DNA of 64,000 nucleotides, from assembly GCA_965285935.1 (NCBI GenBank), contig OZ260663.1, positions 75,392,001 through 75,456,000 on the forward strand, read 5' to 3'. Both the position numbers and the translations under genes were made by a program. This document shows positions 25,850 to 39,015 of the stretch, piece after piece. Under the pieces are notes generated by a model. The model was not told the origin of the DNA. It saw nothing but the letters and a program-made list of their open reading frames with translations, and ran no database searches. Every line of letters starts with the position of its first letter. Position 1 is the stretch's first letter. Source of the DNA: Ophelia neglecta (taxonomy: Eukaryota).

Positions 25850-27664
25850 CTTAAACAATCAATGGTTATCAGTATGAGGAACAATAATAATCAAATCCAT
25901 ACACAGGCAATGGAACAACGGGCATTTACAATAAGTTATGTGTGGATGGCTATTTGAGACCTATCAGCGGACGTGTTATGATGACTTCGGACCAGTTTAC
26001 CATTCTTGATGAATGTTTTCCTTGGCTTCCAAGTATCAACTGTACACGGTTCCCGATGAATTTAGTCTGATATGATATATTTATTATAGCCTATAACATT
26101 AAAACTAGTATATTGCATGTCTTCACAAACTTGGATACAATAATTCATAATTAATGAAACGAACAATTAGGTTATATTTCATGGGAAATATGTAACTGCA
26201 GCTTTGCGTTGCACAATCTTTGTTTTTATTAGGTTCATTTGCCATAAAGATGGCCTTAGGGACACTGTTTCTATAGGTTTACAATTTTGACAGTGGCGAC
26301 ACTAACGGCCAGCTCACAACTTTTCCAAGTTGGACGAGTGCAGAAAATTACCAAAAATGTTCATATTACACTAATATAAAATGTCAATTGCTTGAACTTT
26401 AACCTGAACAGCATGATTTGTAACATTGATGCATTGACTCTAATATTGACCAATACAACAGGATGAACGTATAGATATTCTTCATGGTTGTTTAATTTAG
26501 GCCCGGGCTTTAGTTATAACTGCCAGCTCAATACAGCACACTTCATTGCGAGAGGTTTTGACATTTATATTATCGTGTGTTTGTTCGATTTATTCTGTAG
26601 CAGATTCCATAGATATCAGACTGCAGTTTTCGGTTTCTGAAGAACTCAAAGGCAAGTAAAGCATCTTTTTTAGAGATAATTTCCTTATACTGAGTAGGAA
26701 AAAACAGCTGTTTCTTATTGCATACAACGCCGGCATTTTGGTACCAATCGCATTTGCCAAATGACGATCGCAGTGTATGAAAAAACAGTGTTCGCTCAAT
26801 GTCTCGTACGGTCTGGCGAAAAAAACATGTGTATTATTAGGGACATCTTAGAGACAATCACACTGTCTCTCAAAGCTCAAAGCATTAAGGAGAGGACAAA
26901 TATTGACGCAGTGAAAATTGGTATAATCTCACCTCAGTTTGGATAACCACACCATCTTCAGTCGAGATTAAGGTACATACTAATAAAAAAACACATAACC
27001 GACATGAAAGCGTCAAGGGCAAGCACTTGTAGGCTGCACCTCAAGGCTTTTATCGATTCAGACGTTCCCCTTCCCACTCCCCGTGTTGGCATCAAGTCCA
27101 GAATTTGCAAGTGCTGCTTTCATCCCAAAAATCATCTTGGTTCTCCTTATAGAATCAAAATAGTGAAAAACCATCACAGATGTAATTTATAATTTTTTAA
27201 AACTCACACAAGCAGGAAACTTTCATAGACCAATTCTGTTTTACGATTGGTGTGTGTCTGTAAGGATTCAATTAAGATGCTAACCTTTAATAAAACAGTC
27301 CGGATAACCTTTTTTCCACCTTCGACCATGCATCAGCAACTAATGGGGACATTTATGGATACATTGAGATATGCTGCGAATAAAGATTTGGCTGTGTCAG
27401 GGTGGAAACGATCAATGATCCAGTATCTATGGCCCGTTTACATCTTGCCATTCAATTCAAGGAGGAGGCAGACGGTAAAGGCACATTTACCGCCTACACC
27501 TCTTTTAATTGGCTCCTTGCCCATTATTGTATCGGGTGACTTCCATGTGGAACGACCTTGAATACAAACCTGTGTACTTCCGGTGTCCTCGCTGATTAAA
27601 GGAGCTGCTTGTCGGTCACCTGCTGTGCAGTGTGTCTGCTCCGGTGACCCCCGTTAGTACTTAC

Positions 27665-28060
27665 CTTCTGGAGGGAGTCGCCTTCATAATCTTCTCCTAT
27701 CTGAGGCTTCCTCACATGCTTTTCTCCCTGCACTTCTGTATTGATTTCCTTAAGCCAATTTTGTGGCAATCATATTTCCGGGAAGGGCTGTAGCGCTGCT
27801 CATGTAATGTAATTTGCAGTAAAACTCGGGGATGAATCAAAAGCGACGCGCATATTACATCTTTGTTTAGGAGCTTTAGCGAAGAAAGTAAGTATTCAAT
27901 AGCGCTGATAAGACAATGAGTAGCAGTGATGGGAGTGGCCGCCTGGCGAATCAAATCAGGAGCTTACTCCACTATGTAAAGCGACGGCAGGTAGTTGTAG
28001 AAAGATAGGCTGTCAGTTCCCCAAAGCTTGTTTAGTCTAAAAACATGTTACTCCGGCCGA
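27665..28060 (-). promoter_or_regulatory. Exon 1 plus degenerate type-A promoter of the 25.7 kb pseudogene
   Basis: cttacctt donor at 27664; gtattgatttcctaag.caattttgtggca matches about 43846-43875; core eroded to aaagataggctgtcagttcccc (GC box lost). Confidence 0.75.
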
Positions 28061-29649
28061 AACCTGAGGGACCAGAACACTTTAATAGGGAAAGAACAGC
28101 AAACTATATAAAGTTGACCTGCCTGTTGACCAAACAGTTTACCGGCAGCCACGCCTCGAAAACGACACTATTGCTGCAAAAATAGGCCTCATAGTAAGCA
28201 CAGCGGGTCCCTCGTCCAAACATCTTGGACAATACAAGGGCCCACTGTTTGCGGGCACAATTAAATATTTAAAGGGTGGAATAAAAGGAGTGATCGCCCG
28301 AGAGATAGTCTCCGAATGAAAAGTCATGACCATGGTTCCCATTAATATCCTAGTTGTCCTTTGACACCATTTCCTGTGGGGAAATATCCATATAAGACAG
28401 AATTAACTACACACTAACTGTGGCATTAATTTTCTACAGATCGCAAGGTCACCCACTTGGCACTACTGAGTAAGATAATGAATGCGGACAATATAACCCA
28501 GGAGAAATTTAATGTTGGGCACAGATTTTTATCGGGGGTTAGCGATTCCTAACAACAATACTTAGTCTCTTGTGACAATACTTTCAAGAACGAATTATCT
28601 CTGTTGATTATTATAACTAGTATTCCGGATCCTAAGTCTTATCTTACCCTGCTCCCACTGGCAGGACGTAAGATTGATATAGCAAGGGGTCTTACCAGCG
28701 GTAACTTGTTGCCTTCTGTGAGCAGATTTTAATAAGTAGTAGTTCTATATTTCTAATTTGTGCAGGGAATGTCAGATATGCCGGTGTCAACTAGACATGA
28801 TTAATACAGAGAACTTTCTCCGGCAATTGTGACTAGTCGTACACAACGACCTCAAGTAGAGGCCCGACAGTCGTGCCCCTCATCTAATGAATCACTCCAA
28901 AACATGACCTTACAATATAGATGGGCTCACTACCATGTTGATTTCTGCTTGCTTGATTATAACAATCGATAACGAAGTTGCAACTTGGTAAAACCCTAAA
29001 ATTCCATCAGAGGAACAAAAATTGATGCGAGGGTCTTACCTATCTAAGCTTATGGTAGGGTGATGGACAACCAAAAGGTGAAGGAACCTAAAGCCCTCGC
29101 AGTCCTTTGCCGAACAAATGATAACTCGCTATTAAGTTCTGTTCTCTGAACGAACGCAATAAGGCGGGTGGGACACTTATTATTCACACACCCACAGTTT
29201 CTTACACACTCTGATTACCAGTAAAGCTTAGTCCTATGAAAAATTGATCATTGAGCGTTTTAAGACAAATCAATATCAAATAGACTATGTCACAAACTGC
29301 GACTGGCATTTCAATGTATGGGCTGGAAAAGTGGCTAAATAGCAAGTTATATGAGTGTCCATTAAGAATTATGAAGCTTATTAAAAGGACAAATTCTATT
29401 ATCATAGCGCTGTTATCAAGCAGAAGTATGTTCCTAAGAATGATGAAATTTGTAGAAATGTCGCAAGTCTCGATTTTACCATACAAGAAGAACCTTATGA
29501 TAAATCGTATTTAGTAGCGAGAATCGGTCATACTGCACATCCGTTGTACTTAAGCTAACGTTACAACGCGGCGCGGGTGAATCAACCGCAGATGTTTATA
29601 AGGCCATAAACCGCTTATATTGTGCCTTTCATTTCCTTAGTCCCTTAAA

Positions 29650-30200
29650 TGCACCGCTTACGTAAATGCCATTCAGAAAAAGGACCCTTTCCTAAGGGCT
29701 AAATTGTGTTTCTCATGTTCATGTGTTTATTTTTCTTAAGTTTTCTATGGGGTCTCTTGGTTTTGCTACTCTGTGTGTAGCAGCACTGACAACACGTTTC
29801 ATAAAAACGTCTTGTCTGCTCGGCCGTCTGCTGTTGTCTAATATTCCCTCGAATGCGATGACGATAAATGTCCTCGCGGGGCGTCTGGAACACCGGCGGA
29901 AATTATCCAGACCCATATTTCGACATAAATTCGATTGTTAATATTCTGTGTCACTTTAAGCATGACAAGAAATTCTTGTCTGTCTTACGTTGATGCATGG
30001 AATTCAGAATAAAAGGTGGCATTTTCACGCGTTACTTACCCTTCTTTTACTCTCCCGCTGAACTTTTTGGTCTAACATTACTTAAGTGGTGTTGTGTATT
30101 GCCTTGGGATGTTGAGGTTCTGACAACTATGTATTGAATAGCCTTGGCCTCAAGCCGATCACATTATTCGATTCTATTCTAAATTACCCACAATACCAAG
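29650..30200 (-). pseudogene. Decayed type-B family copy
   Basis: About 430 bp of collinear similarity with 58930-59330. Residual peptides IYVEIWVWIISAGV, TFIVIAFEGILDNSRRPSRQDVF and NVRQ parallel TM-NRRSRRYDVL and DVRQ of the intact genes; multiple frameshifts. Confidence 0.55.
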
Positions 30201-33039
30201 GAAGACTGGCGTTATACCACATCAAAAATCCTTATCGCCTTAATACTTCATTTGGTCGAAAAAAGTACCAAATAACTTGATGGCTAGGGAAGATTTTTAT
30301 AAAGTCACATCTAAATGTACAGCAAAGAGGCAGTGCATCAATAAGCCTGCAATTTTCAATGCAGCCGCTTATACAAGAACCAACAGTGGCCTGGAAAATG
30401 GTAAATTGTACGCCTTCTCACCAATTAAGTATGAATAATTATATTGATGTTTTCATTAAACAAAAACGGAACCAAATGTGCCAAATAAGGCCTTTCTCAT
30501 TAAACGCTTGTTTTAAATAGTTATAAGAAATAGCCCGTTTGAAATGTTGTTTAATTTGCATTCTATATAGCCTATGACGTTAAATGTAGCTTTCATATTA
30601 TATGAAACTTCACATTATGGATACAGGACCCTTCTAAGAATCTAGAACAGTTGTTTAAATGATAGTGTTGATAGGGAAAAAATCGGCCTTAACAGTTTTC
30701 AGGGTATTAAACCTTGATATCCTTAGTCCAGAGATTCATTTACAGTAAATGAACTCTAATTTCGCCTTTTACATAATTGATGCTGATTATCGGTTACCAG
30801 AATTTTCTCCAATAATCCCTTGTTATTGCCATGTCCCTATGAAATGCATGCAAATGTCACCGACTGCTGCTACAGTTATATGAAGTGTAGTAATTCCTCT
30901 CAGTTTGCGCTTTTGAAAAGAAAAGCCAAAATGATTATTGTAGTGCATTTGCTAAGTTCAAATTACAGCTATCGAGTAACACTCATAATTCAGCATGTAC
31001 GCGAAGCCAGCATGATGTCTAATTGAATTGAACAATGAATTCAATTGTATGTTTAACGCAAATTCTTTATTAAGGACATGAAAGCTAAACCCCTGTTAGA
31101 ACCTGACTAGTTTTTAATGCCAGCTTTAAATTCACCAATTGATACATAAGCCCATAATACAAGCAATTAGGCTGATGAAAAAACTATTGATTCAATAAAT
31201 GAAAGTTATTGTAAGTGACATAAGGCCATTACTTATTTCGCTATTTGGTAACATTGTTATAAGTCAATCGTTTTTACTCCGTGTGTCATGCAGATCTCAA
31301 ATTATTGTTTATCTAGGACGAGTTCAGTTCCCAGAACTGAATTGACTGGTGCCCTTTTTATCATGCATCAGTATATTAAACCCATTACATGTAGCCTTAT
31401 TTGACAAGACGCTTTAAGTGACAAATAATTTGTTTGGGAAATGCTTTAAACAAGGCACATGATAACTGTTGAATTAAACCCTGCTCCCGTTTCACATTTA
31501 CCGTACAATTGTTTACACAATTTATTGCATACTAGTCGGTAAGTTGTTGCAAGTGTTAACTGGTTTCACAAATCACCCAGCTAGTTGGATGAGTGTGGCA
31601 ATTTCCAGAGTAGATGATGTACACCCCTGTGGGTTTCCCTTTACCATATACTCAGCATTGAAGCAGCACGGACTCTAAAGCCAAAAGCCCACACCAGGAA
31701 TATCGTATGAGCATGATATTTATCCACAACTGCGCGAAACATTCTGTTAGACAGCGTGGGCCATGAATGTGCACGATCAGAAAGCGGATGTTGCCTGAAA
31801 GCCATGGAGTTACCGAGAAAAGCCATCCAGCGCTGCCAGGACTGTACAGCTAATTGAAAAAAGGGAGTGAATACCCGGCGAAAAGCTTAAGTGCGTAATC
31901 GACAACTATACCAAATCTTATACATATTTGTTGTATTGCATGTATTGTATTTAGCCTTCGGCCTTTGTACAAGAACTGTTTAAGACATATCTATGACCCA
32001 CGCTATCTAACAGAGTGTGAGCCCGCAATTGAGGATAGATATCATACTCGTAAGATACTGGTGTGTTTTAACACGTGGTGCCAAGTCCTCGTGTATTACT
32101 TTACGACTGTCTTTGCATCTAGGCAAACATACACTCTTGTGTATATTTGACAGTTATTTTTATTTCATCGGAAAATGTGGGATAATGTAAACATATATTA
32201 CGAATGGAAAAAAATGAAGGAAAAAGTTCGAAAAGTTACTCCAAAGATTATAATCAACGGTATTTATTCATTTGTTTGCCCTCAGTAATGGAGAGTGGGA
32301 AAATATGTAAACATGAATACGTAAGTAGGAACACATATACAACATTGATATAACATATACTTATGTATTTATATATATACATTCAGTTAGTTGAACATTA
32401 GATTTTATTAGTTTTTTTACACGTTAATGCTCAAACAGCAAATTCCCAACCATGCACGTGGAGCAAAATTATCTGAACAGGAAGATTACTTTACTCCAAT
32501 TCTTAACTGTACTGTACTGTGGTTCCGGGTGTGTTGTCCAATGGGTATTATACTGTATTAACACTTGGTCTGCTAAATACGTGCGTATGACAGTCATAAA
32601 CTTCATCCGCAGTATAATTTGACCGATGGGTCCATTTTAAAGCCTGAGAGAGTGGTGGATGGATTGTAAAGTGTTGCTCAAAATGTACACACCTTAGTGC
32701 GTCTTATTAAAATAATTTTCATGAGATCAACTTTGGAAGTCATATTTAAACTACAATAATTTAAATTAGATAATAATTTTATATGCCAGAGAAAATAAAA
32801 GATGTTATAAAGGTGTATTATATAAAAAATCAGAATGAGAGTAATTTGCCAAATGTGCCAATATACACAAAGAATCGTTCATGTTGAGTCCCAAATTCAA
32901 GTAGGCTTTGGTCTTATACCGTGGGATGAATGTGGATATTAGATTGAGGTTCCGTGTTTTCTGTCGCCGTGGCTGTCCCCCGAGTGGATAAATCCACATA
33001 AAAGTCATGCACTAGCGTGTAGAAGAGTACTCGTGGCTG

Positions 33040-33250
33040 CTATTTTCTGCCTTTCTAGCTTGCATCTACTTTTGCTTCTTTTGAAAACATGTAACCCTGA
33101 CATGTAGCAGTACTGTCAAAATTTCATGTAGATGAAGACATAATTAGGTAGTCAGAGCGAAGGCAGGCAGGCCGCCAAAGGTAATTCATTTCCTGTTACA
33201 TGTTTCACACCATCGTACCAAGATAACACACTTGATCATACTTCTGTTGG
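33040..33250 (-). other. Conserved upstream block B, copy 3
   Basis: gcaggcaggccgccaaaggtaattcatttcctgttacatgtttcaca vs gcaggcgggtcgccgatgttaatacacttgctgttacatgttgcaca (1836-1882). Confidence 0.7.
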
Positions 33251-34984
33251 GCTAATGGCATAGCGATGGTTGATATTTGTTCCAACACAACCTTCAGTGC
33301 TATGAGTTTAAAAAATGATGCTCCGTGATAGGCAAGTTATGGGGAAGGAAGAACATGTAATAGTCTTTTTTTAAACCCAGTGAAAACGGAAATTGGAAAC
33401 GGGTGTTTCGCAATATCTTTTGCTCTATTACACAAGCTCAGGAGTTGTATCCACCCTAATTGAGGGCTCATCTTTTGTAAACGTGAACAGGTCTGTGTGC
33501 TTACATTATTTGACCTATATTTCAACAGGAATATTCATATACTACCATGCTGACGTCACTTATCTATACAGCAAGTCTGGTCCAAGCGGTTTAAAATTTC
33601 CTAAATTACAATTAGAAATGGCAGCATTGGCTGTGTTACTTTATAGAGTTGGCAGTTACTAAATGTGCAATTCGACCATTTACTTTGGGTTTCCTTTTGC
33701 CATTCATTACACGGAGCTTAATTGGGACAAATTTGGCAGCATGTGAGATCGAGTAAATGTTATACGGTAAGAACCAAGATTACTTCAACCTAGACGAGGC
33801 CCATGTTAATATATTACTAAATCTCTTGCGTCGGCACATCAGTTTGATAAATGCAGACCTATATAAACTAAGCCATATAGTCTCATTTCGATTAATTTCT
33901 TTGATGAATGCATGCAATTGGTTTCAAGCCATCGTTCCTTTTTGCAGATCGCACCAATACATAGCATTACCATTGGAATTTTTGGAAGAGCCCACTAGGA
34001 CAGCAAAGAAACACAATTGGGTATTTCCTCAGTCAGTAAATACATTTTTAGTCTATTGAGTTGTACATCTATTGCATAAGATAGTTAATTTATCCCCATA
34101 GTATTGATGAATATATTGCTGTTTCTGTTGACCCAGCAGGCGACAAGACGTCATACTCGCTTGTAACATAGAAGAGATTTTAGCAGGGGAGAAAATTTGG
34201 CGTGAACCTACGATAACCCTGGCGTTGTCGATTTTGCCCCGAGGAAAACGACGCCAAGATGTCAACGAATGTGCCTGGGGGACTGCGCTGTCTCAACTTA
34301 TTCTACATCACTATTATTGGATTTCCCTTTGCTGTATTCCAAAGTCTGGATGTGACAACTTATGAACGGATGGGGTCAATGGGGTGAACCTATTGTCCTG
34401 AACTGTTTGGACAGAATATCTGTAACCCATGATGAAATGCAGGGACATCGCTACACAACATGAAATTTTCAATTCAATTCTAAGTAGCCTATTATTAAAC
34501 CTATATCTGTTTATCTACAACGCTTACATAGTAGATGCCAGTCGTAATCCTGATCCATTTGTCTCCGGAGAATACGAAACTATTGATCCCTCAGCACTAG
34601 GTCTTTGAATTAGTTAGTTAACTGTGAAAAAAATGATCTCTTTTTCCGAGATTCCTAGTTATAACATCACAAAAAAGGCGTAGACCTCGCAAGAACTGTT
34701 CTTAACGAAAATATTCACTGCATTTACTCAAGAAAACCATTGACGAAGTGCACGTGTTTGAATGTTTAAAACAACTTCCCCTTACGCCATTATATGGTTG
34801 TGCATGAGATTAGTCTACGTCAGTTTTCATTAATACAGATCATTATTAATTTTTAAGAACCCCAAGTCCAAAATGCCGATTTTTTAAAGCCAGTGTCGAA
34901 AATATCAAACGTGCAACCCCTAAACCATATATCGGGCACACTTCATACAGACTAGGTCTGTGGGGGATGAGTTGGCCTACGAAT

Positions 34985-35160
34985 AATAAATATATGCATA
35001 TCTGCGGACTCACACTGTCTTATGTCGTTTCTGAAAAACGGCGTAACCCGGGTTGTGCTTCCGCCTGAATGCAACTCCATTTCTGGCTGTCGGCGATGAT
35101 TTTGTCAACTGCAGCTTCACTGAGGCGATCGACGAGTTTTCCAAGCCACATATTTGCCAT
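34985..35160 (-). pseudogene. Fragment of a type-A family copy (stalk region, frameshifted)
   Basis: Translates to LTKSSPTARNGVAFRRK, then after a frameshift VTPFFRNDIRQCESADMH, matching LTRSSTTIRNGVVIRKK..VTMIFSKDVREREPINMH. Confidence 0.75.
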
Positions 35161-35339
35161 TGAGTTGCTTACATAAAAATGGTGACAAATTGTCTATTTC
35201 CCATGCAAATATCCACATAAATACGGATAGTAATTAGAAAATTATATATGCTATCGATACCAGGCAGCGTCGCTTGATGGGTCTTCAATCAAAGGCTAGC
35301 AAAGTGAGACATGAATCAAACATTATTATAAGTATTGCT

Positions 35340-36250
35340 AGTTTTCACGCACAGGAGAGACCCATGAGAACGATTTAGACTTGACTATAATATCAGATCT
35401 ATATATGGTCCAGATTTCAAAGAATATCCGACTGAATGTCTCGTATTCTCTTGTATGTGTCCCAATTGACTTATTCATGATCACCAATCTGCTGCTATGT
35501 TTACAATTGGCGAGAAAAATAGCACACCCTTTACATTCCGTGGCCATGATGCCCATATCATGCATGGTTTCTGATCCCCAAAAGAGCAATTTTCACCCTT
35601 TTGAAGTAGTACAAATATCTGAACCTATCACATCGGAGAATAATTCTTAGTGTTAACACGGAAAGATAAATCCAAATACCTCATTATAAAATAAGTCTAA
35701 TCGACCGGCTATTAACGTTAGGTCCTTATAGATTACATAGGAAGGTAGAAAGTTCTAATTGCGCATAAAATGAGATACGCTGATTAAGACAAAAATTCCA
35801 GTGTCCAGGATTGATAGACATTAATTTAGCCATCGAAATTCCGGATCTAACATGAATACTCAGTACCAGAATGATGTGAAAATGTTCTCCACATAGAGCT
35901 AATCTTGTCCTAATAATATAAGCAGCTATAAGAACTGCCAACATTGACCTGCATCTTAAGATTGATGTGATATCCATGTCGAATGCAGTTCCTTGCTCCT
36001 AAGAATATATGACATTCTAGTCATTACGGGCATGTTCTGTTACTGTAAGCTATTATGTAGCAAATCATAAATAATATCTGGCCTTTGGCGCAAATTCCAA
36101 TAACAAACAAAAAAACATGACAAAAAACAGATATAATATGCATCGGTCTTAATTTCTTTATTGCATTTTTTTTTTGTAAAACAAAATTGATTTCCCCGTT
36201 AATACAAGGCAAAGCTGATCAAATACTTCACCGTTCACAATAAACATTTA
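35340..36250 (-). mobile_element. Possible very old L1/Tx1 ORF2 C-terminal fragment in the pseudogene intron
   Basis: Stop-riddled frames give ELHSTWI..QCWQ..FTSFWY, KGCAIF and VNWDT in the order expected for the post-RT region; similarity is weak. Confidence 0.4.
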
Positions 36251-36497
36251 TTTTTACATACACCTTAACGGATGCAATTAAACAGAAAAAGTACATTCGA
36301 TTCGCTCCATGTCTTCATGGCGTTTAAAAATATATGCCAGCCGCGATAAAAAGAGCAAGCAACGCCATTACATTTAATATCAAAAGTGTCTGACAAGCAG
36401 CATGAGAAGTGATAGAAACATTGATAGCAAAATGTTGTGGTCAGGTAAATGCTGCTATCTCCCCACCATTAGAGAGTCACATGAGTCGATATTCAGA

Positions 36498-36660
36498 CAT
36501 AAACCGCCATGGTAAAGACACACTCTTTCATAAGCCTCCATGGTAAAGACAAACCTTCACATAAACTGCCATGGTAAATACACATTCTGGCATAAAATGA
36601 AATAAACTGGCCTGGTAAAAGACACTCTGTCATAAACCGCCATGGTAAAGACACACTCTA
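36498..36660. repeat. Minisatellite, about 31-bp unit x 5
   Basis: cataaaccgccatggtaaagacacactct repeated with variants. Confidence 0.9.
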
Positions 36661-37049
36661 CGTCTCAACCCACTTCTTCCGCAACCGAGCTTTCAGCCAA
36701 GTAATGTCGTGAAAGCCGTTATGGATGAATCGTGACGTAGGCCCTACTAGGAATCCGAGCGCTTTACCGCTAAAGGACGACATATACCAGGGTAGTGGTA
36801 ACGCATCAATGGTCCAGGATCATAAACACTTTCACATCCGGCCAGAACAAGAAGAAAATGGGGTATTAAGAGAGCCTTAACCATTCACTCCTTTCTTAAT
36901 AGTATCCTGCACCTTCATCCTAAAAGGCGGGCTCGACGCTGACTACAGCCACCTTCTTCGACCAGCTCTTCAAGCGGCTTTTGTGCCATTCGAGCACACA
37001 TGTTTTAACAAGACACCGCATGTCTGCCTAAGTATCGCGCTGACTATCT

Positions 37050-37740
37050 ACTCGGATGACTCCTACGAGATCGTACATTGTTGCGGGACTCATTTAACTC
37101 TCTTCTTCTGTCTTCTGAGGCTTCCTCCTGAAATGGTTTCATCTGTTCCTTCATATATAGTGATATCAATTTTTAAGTTCATTTTTTTAATTTGCATTAC
37201 AAGTTTATTTAATGTTTGGCGTCTGAGGATTAATGTATACGAACCTGTGGCTGCTGGTTCCTGAGTTTTTCTTGATTTAAGATTTTAGTTTGTCTACCTT
37301 GTTTCCCCTCCCATTTTCTTCTGAGGTGTTAAAATGGGGTTTAATGCGCTAGGACACAATGAATAAAATTCTGGGGCATGTACTTGACATCCTGACTACG
37401 CCAACAAGCATTCACAAACAGGGCCATAGTGTAAAACTATCACCAGTCTCACTTGCCGCCCTGTATATGGGCAGCCTGGAGCACGGTCGCACTTATATCG
37501 CTGGGAGGGCCACTTTATTTGTCGTTGAAACAACTGTTTGTAGATCACGTTGGTCGTGCTTTCCATGTAAAAATCTCATCCGACCTTCGACCTGACAATA
37601 CCAATGTACCCTCTAACGAGCCGTGGCTTTCTTCGACCAGAATGAAGATCAGACAGCTGAAAGATCTCATTTGATAAAACAAAATTTATTCCAGTAGGAG
37701 AGACAATTGTTTTGTTTTGTGGACTTGATTTATCTAGCTT
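37050..37740 (-). promoter_or_regulatory. Remnants of exon 1 (37050-37180) and upstream element (37588-37740) of the 35 kb pseudogene
   Basis: tctgaggcttcctc is shared with 27700; gacctgaca.ta.caatg....c.ctaacgagccgtggctttc is shared with about 56294-56336. The donor is degraded and no core box is visible. Confidence 0.65.
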
Positions 37741-38762
37741 TGGGGTAATATGGACGCACTTAAAGGAACTGGTATTTATCGTAATTGTTTGTAGAGAATT
37801 GTTAAAACTCATCCATCCTTTGATTAGAACTTACAGGGTACAAAAGACAGCTTCAAGCAGTGAGTCTCACACAATCCAAGTTGCTCATTGGCCTTTATTT
37901 AGTACCAAGGATGCATTCTCAAGTGATTTGAGTTTGATTAATAAATTAATTTTTTCATATCTTTTACAAGCTTATGAGTAAATATAGGTCAGGTTATTGA
38001 TATTATTTGTACCTGTTATAGATAATTCCTGGTGAATTTAGATAGACCGAATTAATGGCATTATCGTCATTAACTATTGCTGGTTTGTCTGCTTTGTCTG
38101 CGGTTTGTGTGCTAAGAAATGTCCATGTGACATTTTTTGACACATAAAAATCTAGTCTTTCGTAGTTCTGTCCTATTGACAACAATATGTAACGAGTTTT
38201 ATGGCCAAATAGCATAGCTGATTTCTATGAATTAAGTACCACCGTGTTTATAAATAAAGATTGCATATAAAGATAAAACTTTATACCTCAGTGTTTTCAG
38301 AATATATATTCATTGCCATGATTATTTCCATTGTCGGCGCACCAGCAATAATCGATTTGGCTTAGCCCGCTTCTAATCAAAGATCAATATAAATCACCAT
38401 AATAGAACCGGCTAGCGCTACAATCAGCGCAGGATGCATGATTATGATTCCGAGGTCTTGTGGCCATTCGAGCTTTCTCCTCCCCACTTGGTTCCAGGAA
38501 ATTCCCATTAAATTCTCCTCTTTTCTCTAACGCAATGAACCATTGGATAGTACGCTGCGTGTATATTTTACTTTGTTACTATGTTGTCAGCTGATTTTTA
38601 TGACAGAGCTTTATGCAGCCCTGTATCTATTACTTACAAAGCCTATACAACATGAAAGGCGTAGATCCTTCATCCTCATAAATTTAGCTGTTCTGTCCAT
38701 CTTTCCTGTCATTTCTTTCCCAATAGACCCTAACAAACTTGTTCGCTATATGCTATCTAATC

Positions 38763-39015
38763 AACAACAACATGCGATGCCATAAACTTGTGCACGTTTA
38801 AACCGTTTATTTTATATTTTTTGCTAAAAGCGATTTAAAATGTTCATAGAAATACTAAAACATCTATTGCCATCTTCATTAACTTTCTCATGAACAACAA
38901 CATGCGATGCCATAAACGTGTGCACGTTTAAACCGTTTATTTTTATTTTTTGCTAAAAACGAATTAAAATGTTCATAGAAATACCAAAACATCGATTGCC
39001 ATCTTCATCAACCTT
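38763..39015. repeat. Tandem duplication, period 130 bp
   Basis: aacaacaacatgcgatgccataaac.tgtgcacgtttaaaccgtttat... at 38763 and 38893 with few mismatches. Confidence 0.92.

Noticed and set aside
36498-36660. CRISPR-like array
   Set aside because: Units are contiguous without unique spacers, the context is eukaryotic and there are no cas genes.
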